Shown here in pieces: positions 53,301 to 63,029 of a stretch of 64,000 nt of DNA; the first letter of the stretch is position 1; every line of letters begins with the position of its first letter. The stretch is taken from positions 13,978 to 77,977 of IMG/VR virus record IMGVR_UViG_3300021962_000073, one strand, 5' to 3'. The notes under the pieces were generated by a model that was not told where the DNA came from, ran no database searches, and saw only the letters and a program-made list of their open reading frames with translations. Origin of the DNA: a virus. The translations under genes were made by a program, and so were the position numbers.

Positions 53301-56204
53301 AGTGATAGTGTATCTCTTGACAGTTCTAATAATTTAGCTTCTTCTAAAGCAGTTAAAACGGCTCAAGATAATCTCACTACAGCCAACACTAACCTTAAGA
53401 ACTATGTAGATACCGCTAATACCAACCTTAAACTTTATACTGATAATCTAGTAACTACGGCCAATACCAATCTTAAGAATTATACGGATACCTTAGTAAG
53501 TACGGCCAATACCAACATGAAGAATTATGTTGATACGGCCAATACCAACCTTAAGAATTATACAGATAATACTTTCCTAAAACTTACGGCAGCATCACAA
53601 ACTATAACGGGAAGTTTAATAATTTCTCAAGATTTAACAGTATCGGGAACAACGACACTTATAAATTCAAATGAAGTTAATATTGCAGATAATGAAATTG
53701 TATTGAATAGTGATTGGCCGGTAAATTCTCTACCTACTCAAAACGCAGGTATTACGATTCATAGAGGTCAATTAGCGAATTCTCCAAATGTATTCATTCG
53801 TTATGATAATCAAAATAATTACTGGGTTGTTGCTGAAAATGCTACGCAGGGAATAATTTCTACGAGAAATTATGTTGATACGGCCAATACCAATCTTAAG
53901 AACTATACGGATACCCTAGTAAGTACGGCCAATACCAATCTTAAGAACTATACGGATACCCTAGTAAGTACGGCCAATACCAATCTTAAACTTTATACTG
54001 ATAATCTAGTAACTACGGCCAATACCAACATGAAGAATTATGTTGATACGGCCAATACCAACGTAACTAACTCGATAAGCACTAAAGTATCCAAAGCCGG
54101 CGATACAATGTCCGGTGTATTAGCAATAACAGATTCTACTGCTGCAACATCAACAACTACCGGTGCTCTAAAAGTTACAGGTGGTATAAGCACACAAGTA
54201 AGTCTTTGGTCTGCTAATGTAGTCTCTACAGGTCCAGTTTATGGTACAACTGGAGTTTTCGATACTGGCGTTAGAGTCGCAAGTAGCACACTAGGAAATG
54301 CACCAATATCAACTAATTTAGCAGCTAATGGTAGAGTAACAGTTTCACATGACACTTCCGGCGTTACTGCTACTACTTATGGATCGAATATTGCTGTTCC
54401 AGTTTTTGTAGTAAATGCAACAGGTCATGTTACAGCTGTTACAAATACAACAATTCGTCCAGCATCAACTACACAAACAGGTGTTACACAATTAGAGGAT
54501 GCTGTCAATAGCACGAGTACAACAACTGCTGCTGTACCAAACTCCGTTAAAAGTGCAAATGATAATGCCAATGGGAGAGTATCCAAAGCCGGCGATACAA
54601 TGTCCGGTGCATTGGCAATATCAGATTCTACTAATGCAACATCAACAACAACTGGTGCATTAAAGGTTACTGGCGGCATTAGCACCCAAGTAAGTCTTTG
54701 GTCTGCTAATGTAGTCTCTACAGGTCCAGTTTATGGTGCCACTGGTGTCTTTGATACTGGTGTAAGAGTTGCAAGTAGCACACTAGGAAATGCACCAATA
54801 TCAACTAATTTAGCGGCTAATGGTAGAGTAACAGTTTCTCATGATAATTCTGGTGTTACTGCAACTACTTATGGATCAAGTATCAATGTTCCTGTTTTTG
54901 TAGTAAATGCAACAGGTCACGTTACTGCTGTTACTAATACCGCAATACGTTCTGGAACAACATCTGCAACAGGTATAGTACAACTTGAGGATTCTGTAAC
55001 AAGTACAAGCACAACAACTGCTGCTACACCAAACTCGGTTAAGAGTGTTAAAGATTCTATATCTAACAATGTCATAAAAGTTATTGCTGGCACCGGTCTA
55101 AGCAACACTGATGGTACTTTTGGCTTAAATCAGGGTTCCGATAAAACAATAACCATTTCTCACTCGGATACTTCGGCATTAAGTGCGGGATTTTTAGGAT
55201 TAACAGGACCTTTTCCATCAGGGGTAACGAGTGCAATAACTGATATAGAAATCGATAATTTTGGTCATATTAATGCTGCATCAGCGTCTTATGTTTCTCT
55301 ATCGAACCATAATCACGATTCGACTTATGTAAACGTGACAGGTGATGAAAGTATGTCTGGTGCTTTATCGATAACAAATAGCACCGCCGCAACATCAACA
55401 ACAACTGGGGCATTGAAGGTTACCGGTGGTATAAGCACCCAGGCCAGTTTGTGGTCGGCTAATGTTGTTTCAACTGGACCAGTTTATGGTACAACTGGAG
55501 TTTTCGATACTGGCGTTAGAGTCGCAAGAAGTGCAAGCGGAACAGCACCAATAACCGCCACACTTACATCAGGTGCAATAGCAGTTTCACATGATAATTC
55601 CGGTGTATCGGCAGCAAATTATGGTGGTGCTGCCACAGTTCCTGTGTTTACCGTTAATGCAACTGGACACGTTTCATATGCAGGCAATGTAGCAATATCG
55701 ATTGCTTCGGGAGCAGTAAGCGGATTAGCCACATCCGCGACAACAGATACATCAAATGCAACAAATATTACAACGGGAACACTCGCTGCGGCTAGATTGG
55801 GTACAACTGGACAACCCCAATTTGATTCTCTTGGTGTTGGTACAGCAGCATCAGGAATAAGTGGAGAAATTAGAGCAACAGGCGATATCTCAGCCGGTTA
55901 TTCAGATGATAAGTTAAAAATTAAACTTTCGAATATATCAAATGCTCTCGATAAAGTTTCCGAACTAACAGGTTTCTACTATAGACCAAATGATCTTGCT
56001 CAGTCATTAGGTTACAATGATAAAGTTCAGGTTGGTTTATCGGCACAAGAAGTTCAGAAAGTATTACCAGAAGTTGTTGTTCCTGCTCCTGTCGATAGCA
56101 CATTCTTAACCGTTCAATATGAAAAAATTGTTCCTCTTTTAGTTGAAGCAATTAAAGAATTGAAGACTGAATTAGATGAAATTAAATCTAGATTAAAGGA
56201 TTAA
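50328..56204 (+). CDS. long tail fibre with C-terminal S74 chaperone domain
   Basis: Beta-rich repeats, NLKNYVDTANT coiled-coil repeats, YSDDKLK...GLSAQEVQKVLPE...LLVEAIKEL. Confidence 0.85.
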   Translation: MPIQNITRVNTVDEWRIQTNQSANAVNQLETGNFNKISGTLIVSNTATLAITAEGTPLTVSNTALFSSNITVGRNISLGSEGSATGNLTVGANVFIYGRGTALYVANNVTVNNDLQVTQTLTTNNITTNTNVTVSGTTQSGNLIVDSIAVITGNTTAGNLTTANATSTGSLRVNDTTETTSNISGAAFVAGGVGVSKSAFISGNVTVKGDAQSTVNSKVSLLLGDLVANSAGNLYIYAANTANGGANGSLTLQGNGTITGNLAVGSGLVSTSKTTGAIVVTGGLGVSANIHVTDLNATNSVVADNARITANTTGAHFVASGSVVADNARITANTTGAHFVASESIVSNSSRVTANSTAAHFVASTSAVAPSGRFTSTTETTSNTVGAIITSGGLGVSKSAFISGNVTVKGDASGAVNNTVSIVLGDSSLTTNSAGNLVINAANTANGGANGSLSLYGNGTITGNLTVGSGLESTSKTSVGALKINGGLAVSSNIHGNALYDNGNRVARTASATAPISTTLNAATGALAISHDSSGVTAATHGTSIQIPVIIINSTGHITSVTNTTIRSASTTQTGVTQLEDTLGGTSTTLAPTVNHVTTANTNLKNYVDTANTNLKNYVDTANTNLKNYVDTANTNLKNYVDTANTNLKLYTDNLVTTANTNLKNYVDTANTNLKNYVDTANTDLKNYVDTANTNLKLYTDNLVTTANTNLKNYVDTANTNLKNYTDNLVTTANTNLKNYVDTANTNLKNYVDTANTNLKNYADNLVTTANTNLKNYTDTLVTTANTNLKNYSDSTFVKLSSASSQTIASPISITGATTIASASITGGLTVGGDFTVTGASLIDTNRIKLMAVTKQAIGSGYDYITVNRANTPVSLVALNGTTDIITMNGHGFTNGQNVRITSLSTGITGLANGTTYRITTVDTNSFKVSTVAGYPTLVNFSGTGNAAVQDLDNVDADIRWDEINKKWQLRDTNNLNDTTAYSNILTANLISDSVSLDSSNNLASSKAVKTAQDNLTTANTNLKNYVDTANTNLKLYTDNLVTTANTNLKNYTDTLVSTANTNMKNYVDTANTNLKNYTDNTFLKLTAASQTITGSLIISQDLTVSGTTTLINSNEVNIADNEIVLNSDWPVNSLPTQNAGITIHRGQLANSPNVFIRYDNQNNYWVVAENATQGIISTRNYVDTANTNLKNYTDTLVSTANTNLKNYTDTLVSTANTNLKLYTDNLVTTANTNMKNYVDTANTNVTNSISTKVSKAGDTMSGVLAITDSTAATSTTTGALKVTGGISTQVSLWSANVVSTGPVYGTTGVFDTGVRVASSTLGNAPISTNLAANGRVTVSHDTSGVTATTYGSNIAVPVFVVNATGHVTAVTNTTIRPASTTQTGVTQLEDAVNSTSTTTAAVPNSVKSANDNANGRVSKAGDTMSGALAISDSTNATSTTTGALKVTGGISTQVSLWSANVVSTGPVYGATGVFDTGVRVASSTLGNAPISTNLAANGRVTVSHDNSGVTATTYGSSINVPVFVVNATGHVTAVTNTAIRSGTTSATGIVQLEDSVTSTSTTTAATPNSVKSVKDSISNNVIKVIAGTGLSNTDGTFGLNQGSDKTITISHSDTSALSAGFLGLTGPFPSGVTSAITDIEIDNFGHINAASASYVSLSNHNHDSTYVNVTGDESMSGALSITNSTAATSTTTGALKVTGGISTQASLWSANVVSTGPVYGTTGVFDTGVRVARSASGTAPITATLTSGAIAVSHDNSGVSAANYGGAATVPVFTVNATGHVSYAGNVAISIASGAVSGLATSATTDTSNATNITTGTLAAARLGTTGQPQFDSLGVGTAASGISGEIRATGDISAGYSDDKLKIKLSNISNALDKVSELTGFYYRPNDLAQSLGYNDKVQVGLSAQEVQKVLPEVVVPAPVDSTFLTVQYEKIVPLLVEAIKELKTELDEIKSRLKD
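52121..52709 (+). repeat. 33/45-bp coding tandem repeats (11- and 15-aa units)
   Basis: NLKNYVDTANT and NLKLYTDNLVTTANT units; further blocks near 53375-53570, 53870-54060 and 59975-60090. Confidence 0.85.
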
Positions 56205-56206
56205 TT

Positions 56207-56539
56207 TTGGCAGCCTTTTCAGAAATAGTAATCGAACAAGGTGCTACCTTTGGTAGCACTTTAAATGTTGAAGATACTTATGGTAATGCAATAAATTTAT
56301 ATGCATATACCGCAAATTCTCAAATGAGAAAATCTTATTACTCTTCTTCAGCGACAACAATTACTGCATCCGTAACGGGAACAGCAAATGGTGAAGTGAC
56401 CTTATCAATGACATCATCGAATACAGCAAACTTGACACCAGGAAGATATGTTTATGATGTAATCATAACTTCTCCAACATCGGTGGTTACAAGAGTTGTG
56501 GAAGGAATAGTAACAGTTTTACCATCAGTAACGAGGTAA
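56207..56539 (+). CDS. small virion protein (Ig-like adaptor)
   Basis: IEQGATF...Y.A.SQMRKSY...GRYVYDV...RVVEG.VTV.P.VT; TTG start. Confidence 0.75.
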   Translation: MAAFSEIVIEQGATFGSTLNVEDTYGNAINLYAYTANSQMRKSYYSSSATTITASVTGTANGEVTLSMTSSNTANLTPGRYVYDVIITSPTSVVTRVVEGIVTVLPSVTR

Positions 56540-56540
56540 T

Positions 56541-56795
56541 ATGGTTAAAGTTGCCATAAGAAATCAGGGAACTATAGGCAAGGTAAGTGTTTCTGCCAAT
56601 CCTAGAACCACTATTGCAGATCCTAAATTTAAGCCAAAACCTAATGTTGCTTTAGTTGAATTGGCAGATACAACAGTGGCTAATTTGGAAGATGGAGATG
56701 TGGTTACATATGATTCAGAACAAGAAAAATTTACGAATAAGAAATTAGGTGATGTAGTAGTTCAAATTTCTAGTATTCAGGGCGGCACTTTTTAA
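56541..56795 (+). CDS. small virion protein ending GGTF
   Basis: L.EL.D...DGDV..YD....KF; C-terminal GGTF. Confidence 0.7.
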   Translation: MVKVAIRNQGTIGKVSVSANPRTTIADPKFKPKPNVALVELADTTVANLEDGDVVTYDSEQEKFTNKKLGDVVVQISSIQGGTF

Positions 56796-56840
56796 GATAT
56801 TGGTTATCATAAATATAATATAAACCAAAAAGGAACGAAA

Positions 56841-58493
56841 ATGGGAAGCACAGTAATTCAGCTAAAATATTCTAGTTTAACTTCTCAACCACCTACGCTG
56901 AATGTCGCAGAACCAGCATACTCTAATGTATCTGGTGTTCTGTGGATTGATGACGGTACAGGTGTTGTTCCTATAGCTGGTAAATCTTATACGGATAGAG
57001 TTGATGCTGCAACATCCGCATTCACCGCAAATACGATAGTTAAGAGAGATACCTCTGGTAATTTCTCGGCAAATGTAATTACTGCTACTCTTTATGGAAA
57101 TGCTAATAGTGCTACTGTATTAGAAACAGGAAGAAATTTCAGTATAAACGGAGATGATGTCGATTCATCAACTGTTTCTTTCAACGGATCCGCTGATGTA
57201 GTTTTACAAGGCAATTTAAAAACTACAGGAGTTTCTGCCGGTACATATGGCGGTTCTTCTAATATTCCAGTTTTTAGTGTTGATTCGAAAGGTCGTTTAT
57301 CTTATGCAGCGAATGTTAGCATAGCGACATCTTTAAATATATCTGCCGATACTGGCTCTAATACAATTAATTTAGCCACAGAAACTTTAACTGTTTCTGG
57401 TGGTGCTGGTATTACCACAGTAATAGATCCAACAGATACTATAAGAATAGATGTTGATGATACTGTTGTCAGAGCAAATACTGCTTCTTTAAATCAAACT
57501 ATTGATGGCGATATAACAATTACTGGCAACCTTATTGTTACAGGCAACACAACAACTGTTGATGTAAATACTTTAAGTGTTGAAGACTCACTAATTAGTC
57601 TTGCAAAAAATAATACTACAGATGCGGTAGATATTGGTTTCTATGGACATTATAATGACGGAACTAGTAGACATGCAGGTGTTTTTAGACATGCCGGCGA
57701 CGGAGAGTTCTATATTTTCGATAATTATGATCAAGAGCCAACCGCTAATACGATTAATCCTGCACACGCAAGTTTCAGATTAGCAACTTTAAATGCAAAC
57801 TTAACTTCTATTAGTGCGAATGCAACAGTTGCAACAATCGGAACACTAACATTAACGAATGCTCTAACAGTTCCAAATGGCGGTACAGGAGCAACAAGTT
57901 TTACAACTGGAGCAATTTTAGTTGGTAATTCTACTGGTGCTTTACAAACACTGGCAAATACTGGTACAGCCGGAACTTATGGTGAAAATAGTAGAACATT
58001 AATTGTTACAACAGATAGCTATGGTCGCGTTAGCAGTATTACAAACAATGCCATAGGAATTGATAGCTCTCAGGTAATTTCTGGGTTGATGGCAATCAAT
58101 CGTGGTGGTACAAATAATGATACTTACACCACTGGAGCGGCAATATTCTATGATGGCACGAAGATTGCAACATTAGCTAATACTGGTTCTGCTGGAACAT
58201 ATGGCGAAGCGAGCAGAACATTAACTGTGACAACTGATGCATATGGTCGTGTCAGTTCAGTAACAAATAATGCCATTGCCATAGATACTTCACAGATAAT
58301 TTCAGGTACATTAGGAATTGCTAGAGGCGGCACAGGAAATTCAACCTTTGATATTAAAGGTGTAATTGTTTCTGATACAGCATCAACAACTGGAGCATTA
58401 AGAGCATTAACATCATCGACAGCAGGTCATATTCTTCAAATTGATTCTTCGGGTGTTCCTGTTTTTGCTCATCTAAGCGGTGGAACATTTTAA
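56841..58493 (+). CDS. tail fibre protein
   Basis: gp37-N-like start (IQLKYS...P..L..AE), repeated AGTYG...D.YGRV, ends GGTF. Confidence 0.8.
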   Translation: MGSTVIQLKYSSLTSQPPTLNVAEPAYSNVSGVLWIDDGTGVVPIAGKSYTDRVDAATSAFTANTIVKRDTSGNFSANVITATLYGNANSATVLETGRNFSINGDDVDSSTVSFNGSADVVLQGNLKTTGVSAGTYGGSSNIPVFSVDSKGRLSYAANVSIATSLNISADTGSNTINLATETLTVSGGAGITTVIDPTDTIRIDVDDTVVRANTASLNQTIDGDITITGNLIVTGNTTTVDVNTLSVEDSLISLAKNNTTDAVDIGFYGHYNDGTSRHAGVFRHAGDGEFYIFDNYDQEPTANTINPAHASFRLATLNANLTSISANATVATIGTLTLTNALTVPNGGTGATSFTTGAILVGNSTGALQTLANTGTAGTYGENSRTLIVTTDSYGRVSSITNNAIGIDSSQVISGLMAINRGGTNNDTYTTGAAIFYDGTKIATLANTGSAGTYGEASRTLTVTTDAYGRVSSVTNNAIAIDTSQIISGTLGIARGGTGNSTFDIKGVIVSDTASTTGALRALTSSTAGHILQIDSSGVPVFAHLSGGTF

Positions 58494-58514
58494 ATATTAT
58501 GAAAGGAATTCATT

Positions 58515-59081
58515 ATGGATGTAAAATTACAAAATGTTTATTCACAAGTTCTTCTTGATAACTTTGTTGCGGTAGTAAAACAAAATATTTTATTTCAAGC
58601 ACAACTAGAGGTAAACAAAACTGAAGTAGAAGATGTAAATGAATCTAAAAGAAGGGTTCAAGAACTATCTTCGAGAAATGAAGAATTGCAAAAAGCCCTC
58701 ATTGAAAAAGACAAGGCTATTAATGTTTTAATAACAGAGAGAAATGATTTAAAAAATAGTATTAATAATAAAGATTCTCAAATGAATAATATGAATTCTG
58801 TTATGCAGGAGAAAAATAGATTACAAAGTGCTGTGAATGATTACATGAGACAACTAGAAGAAGCAAGAAAAGAAATTCTAAAGACGAAAAGTGAATCACA
58901 GGAAGTATTAGTGAGCAATACCAAAACTATTGAAGAATTAAATAAGTATATCGTCAGATTAGAATCGGCGGTTCCGGCTGCGAAACTAAAAAAAGTTAGA
59001 CTCGGTGAAAATGTTCAACCAGAATCTCCAGAACCTACAAATGAAGAAAATGATTTGGTGAAATCGGGTGGAACATTTTGA
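58515..59081 (+). CDS. coiled-coil protein ending GGTF
   Basis: Long heptad region, C-terminal SGGTF. Confidence 0.75.
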   Translation: MDVKLQNVYSQVLLDNFVAVVKQNILFQAQLEVNKTEVEDVNESKRRVQELSSRNEELQKALIEKDKAINVLITERNDLKNSINNKDSQMNNMNSVMQEKNRLQSAVNDYMRQLEEARKEILKTKSESQEVLVSNTKTIEELNKYIVRLESAVPAAKLKKVRLGENVQPESPEPTNEENDLVKSGGTF

Positions 59082-59089
59082 ATCGGTAA

Positions 59090-59524
59090 ATGGCTAACAC
59101 AATAATTCAATTAAAAAATTCGGGCGTTCCAGGTAATGTACCTAGTACATTATACCCTGGCGAATTGGCTATTAACTATTATGATGGAAAATTATACTAT
59201 GGAAATAGTTCCAATTATGCCGTCGTACTTGATGTAATAACAGAACCATCTGGCTTAGATACTGAAATACAATTCAATACATTCGGTTCTTTTGGAGCTT
59301 CAGCGAATTTAAAGTTTGATTATACAAATAAGGTTTTATTAACCGATAATGTAACTTCTGAGAGTGTTGCCGTAAGAAATTACATACAATTCGCTGATGG
59401 TTCTAAACAATATACTGCAAATGCAGGCAGCGGCGCAGGAGGTGGCTTTCCTTTTATAGATTTGGGATTTATAACTGATGGTGTTCCAGCACCCTCTCTG
59501 TTTGACTGCGGAAATCTGTCATAA
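59090..59524 (+). CDS. short fibre/adaptor with T4 gp37-like N-terminus
   Basis: IQLKNS...P..L..GELAINY.DGKLY. Confidence 0.7.
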   Translation: MANTIIQLKNSGVPGNVPSTLYPGELAINYYDGKLYYGNSSNYAVVLDVITEPSGLDTEIQFNTFGSFGASANLKFDYTNKVLLTDNVTSESVAVRNYIQFADGSKQYTANAGSGAGGGFPFIDLGFITDGVPAPSLFDCGNLS

Positions 59525-59550
59525 ATAAAAATAAAATTTGGAAATAACTA

Positions 59551-62500
59551 ATGGCAACCCAGTTACAACTAAGAAGAGGTAATACAGCACAGACATCAGT
59601 ATTTACTGGTGTTATTGCTGAAGTTACTGTAGACACAGATAAGAAAACTATAGTTGTTCATGATGGCGTAACACCTGGAGGTTTCCCTCTAGCACTAGAA
59701 CAAGGTTCTTCTGCTGGTGCTGCCGCAGCTTTAGGTAAAGCTAATTCTGCCTTCGATCAAGCAAATTTAGCATTCAATAAAGCCAATTCAGCAAATATTT
59801 TAGCACAGCAGGCTTTTGATGCTGCCAATTCCGCCGTTACTTCAGGACAAGCTAACGTTGGTGCCGGTCTAATCAGTGTTACGGGTGCATATCAAGCTAA
59901 CGTTGGTGCTGGTTTAATTTCTGTTAGAAACGATTATGAAGCTAATGTCGGCGATTTAAGAATCGACACTGAAACTGCTAATACTAATCTAAAAAATTAC
60001 ACCGATAATTTAGTAACAACTGCCAACACAAACTTAAAGAACTATGTTGATGTAGCCAATACTAATCTAAAAAATTATACAGATAATACTTTCTTACCTA
60101 AAACGGGCGGAACAATTTCTGGTAATCTCGATATTACAGGAAATGTTCTTCCGACTACTGATAACGTTTACTTTCTCGGATCAGAAACAAATCGTTGGCA
60201 TTCAATTTATGTTGGTCCAGGTTCCATAAATCTTGGTGGTATAGTATTAGGAAATACATCAGGTACTATTTCTATTGCTGGAGCGACCGATCTAGTTTTA
60301 CCAAATTCAGATTCGCCTGGATTAAAAGGTATTTCCGATTTAGCAAATTCTTCTTTTGATCAAGCAAATCTAGCATATTCTTGGGCAAATTCAGCTTATA
60401 ATTTTGCTAACACAAGATTTAGTTCATCTGGTGGAACGGTAAGTGGTGATGTTACAATCACTGGCAATCTGTCGGTAACAGGAAATGTAACTTCAATTAA
60501 TACTACAGAATTAAATGTTTCTGATAATGAAATTATTTTAAATTCAAATTGGCAAGAAGGAGTTACTCCAACTCAAAATGCAGGAATAACTGTCAATAGA
60601 GGTGGTTCAAACGTATACATTCGCTATGATGAAACGAATGATTATTGGGTTTTAAAAGATAATACCGATCAATACATAATTGCGACAACTGCTAACGTAG
60701 GCGCCGGAGATATAGCAGTCACGAATGCATCTCAGGCTAATGTCGGCGCTGGACTAATATCAGTAAGAACCGATCTAACCAATAACGTTAATAATCTTTA
60801 TGCAAACATTGGTGCCGCTAGAATTACGGATGTTGCGGCTAGCCAAGCTAATGTTGGATCTGGTTTGATTGATGTTAGAACTGATCTAACCAATAACGTT
60901 AATAATCTTTATGCAAACATTGGTGCCGCTAGAATTACGGATGTTACATCAGGCCAAGCAAATACTGGTGCGGCATTAATTGATGCAAAAAATTATACCG
61001 ATACTGCAAATACTTGGCATCAAGGAAATACTGGAGCTGGTTTATTACTAATTTCAACTAATCTAACCAACAACATCAATGCTCTATATGCTAATGTTGG
61101 TGCCGCTAGAATTGCTGATGTTGCTTCTGGACAAGCCAATGTAGGCGCTGGACTAATATCAGTAAGAACCGATTTAACGAATAATGTCGATGCTCTCTAC
61201 GCTAATGTTGGTGCGGCCAGAATAACTGATACCGCAGCGGCGCAAGCCAACGTTGGTGCTGGATTGTTATCGGCAAAAGCAGTTTCGGAAGCCAACGTCG
61301 GTGCCGGTTTAATAAGTTTAAAGGTTGATATTGCAGAGTTATTTGGTGATGTAGATGCTCTCTACGCCAATGTCGGTGCTGCCAGGATCGCCGATACCGC
61401 GGCAAGTCAAGCCAATGTAGGCGCCGGACTTATAACAACCAAGGCCAATTATGAAGCTAACGTTGGTGCTGGTTTAATAAGTGTTAGAACCGATTTAACT
61501 AATAATGTTAATGATCTTTATGCTAATGTTGGTTCTGCTAGGATTACCGATGTTGCGGCAAGTCAAGCCAACGTCGGTGCTGGACTCATTACGGTTACTG
61601 GCGCATATCAAGCCAACGTCGGTGCTGGACTTATTACGGTTACTGGCGCATATCAAGCCAACGTCGGTGCTGGTTTAATAAGTGTTAGAACCGATCTAAC
61701 CAATAATATCAATAGTCTTTATGCAAATATTGGTGCCGCAAGAATAACTGATACCGCAGCAGGGCAAGCCAACGTTGGTGCCGGACTTATAACAACAAAA
61801 GCTAACTATGAGGCTAATGTTGGTGCAGGTTTAATTTCAAATAAATTAGATTCTGATGCCAATGTTGGCGCCGGACTTATAACAACAAAAGCTAACTATG
61901 AGGCTAATGTTGGTGCTGGATTATTAACAAAACTTGATAAGACTGGCGGAACTATTTCTGGAGACTTGTCTATAACTGGCAATCTTGTAATTACCGGCAA
62001 TACAACAACAATTAATGTTTCATCACTTAAAGTCACTGATACGATTATTCAACTTGGTGTTGAAAATCTAACCGATACTTTAGATATTGGTTTTGTTGGT
62101 CATTATGCAAATACACCAAATAATCATACTGGTTTAATTCGTAAATTTACAGATGGTAGATATTACCTATTTGACAGTTACAAACCAGGAACTGAACCTG
62201 GTAATACTATTGATATTGCTAATACAAGAGTTGCAACTTTAAGTGCTAATATTATAACGAATGTAATTACGCTGAGAGGATTAGATCCTCTTGATTATGC
62301 GAATACAATACAAACCACATCTCAAGCCAATGTCGGTGCTGGTCTTATAACGGTTACGAATGCATATCAAGCAAATGTTGGTGCTGCCAGAATCGCCGAT
62401 ACCGCGGCAAGTCAAGCCAATGTAGGCGCCGGACTTATAACAACCAAGGCCAATTATGAAGCTAACGTTGGTGCCGGCCTTATAACAACCAAGGCTAATT

Positions 62501-62997
62501 ATGAGGCTAATGTTGGTGCTGGTCTTATTATAGTCACTAATGGATATCAAGCTAATGTTGGTGCGGTAAATATTGCAAAAGTAGCAAAAGCTGGCGATAC
62601 AATGACTGGTGCTTTGACTACAAGTTCAACATTAACGGGTTCCTCACTTGTTGCAAATACCAATGTTACTGTTAATACATCATTAGATATTAAATCAACT
62701 CAGCAATCAGTTTCGAGTACATCACAATTTATTTTGGATTTTTTCAGCGCATCGACTTATCGTTCTGGAAAATACTTCATTCAAATTACAAATGGTACAG
62801 CATATCATGTAATTGAACTAAGTTTCGTTCATGATGATACTACAGTTTATCTGGCTCAATATGGCGAAATAAAAACTGGAACCTCTCTTGCAACATTTGA
62901 TGCTTCGATAGTTACTGGTCAATTCAGAATATTGGCTACACCAGTAAATGGAACAACAACTACATTTAAAGCAATGAGAAGTCTAATAACAGTTTAA
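59551..62997 (+). CDS. tail fibre with Mtd-N-like domain and ANVGAGL repeats
   Basis: LQLRRG...EVTVDTDK.T.VVHDG.T.GG; more than 20 ANVGA repeats. Confidence 0.8.
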   Translation: MATQLQLRRGNTAQTSVFTGVIAEVTVDTDKKTIVVHDGVTPGGFPLALEQGSSAGAAAALGKANSAFDQANLAFNKANSANILAQQAFDAANSAVTSGQANVGAGLISVTGAYQANVGAGLISVRNDYEANVGDLRIDTETANTNLKNYTDNLVTTANTNLKNYVDVANTNLKNYTDNTFLPKTGGTISGNLDITGNVLPTTDNVYFLGSETNRWHSIYVGPGSINLGGIVLGNTSGTISIAGATDLVLPNSDSPGLKGISDLANSSFDQANLAYSWANSAYNFANTRFSSSGGTVSGDVTITGNLSVTGNVTSINTTELNVSDNEIILNSNWQEGVTPTQNAGITVNRGGSNVYIRYDETNDYWVLKDNTDQYIIATTANVGAGDIAVTNASQANVGAGLISVRTDLTNNVNNLYANIGAARITDVAASQANVGSGLIDVRTDLTNNVNNLYANIGAARITDVTSGQANTGAALIDAKNYTDTANTWHQGNTGAGLLLISTNLTNNINALYANVGAARIADVASGQANVGAGLISVRTDLTNNVDALYANVGAARITDTAAAQANVGAGLLSAKAVSEANVGAGLISLKVDIAELFGDVDALYANVGAARIADTAASQANVGAGLITTKANYEANVGAGLISVRTDLTNNVNDLYANVGSARITDVAASQANVGAGLITVTGAYQANVGAGLITVTGAYQANVGAGLISVRTDLTNNINSLYANIGAARITDTAAGQANVGAGLITTKANYEANVGAGLISNKLDSDANVGAGLITTKANYEANVGAGLLTKLDKTGGTISGDLSITGNLVITGNTTTINVSSLKVTDTIIQLGVENLTDTLDIGFVGHYANTPNNHTGLIRKFTDGRYYLFDSYKPGTEPGNTIDIANTRVATLSANIITNVITLRGLDPLDYANTIQTTSQANVGAGLITVTNAYQANVGAARIADTAASQANVGAGLITTKANYEANVGAGLITTKANYEANVGAGLIIVTNGYQANVGAVNIAKVAKAGDTMTGALTTSSTLTGSSLVANTNVTVNTSLDIKSTQQSVSSTSQFILDFFSASTYRSGKYFIQITNGTAYHVIELSFVHDDTTVYLAQYGEIKTGTSLATFDASIVTGQFRILATPVNGTTTTFKAMRSLITV

Positions 62998-63029
62998 CAT
63001 ATTAAAATATGTTAAGGGGAAAATGAACC

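Noticed and set aside
59551-62997. Diversity-generating retroelement suggested by the Mtd-like N-terminus
   Set aside because: No reverse transcriptase and no TR/VR pair with adenine-specific mismatches seen in the window.
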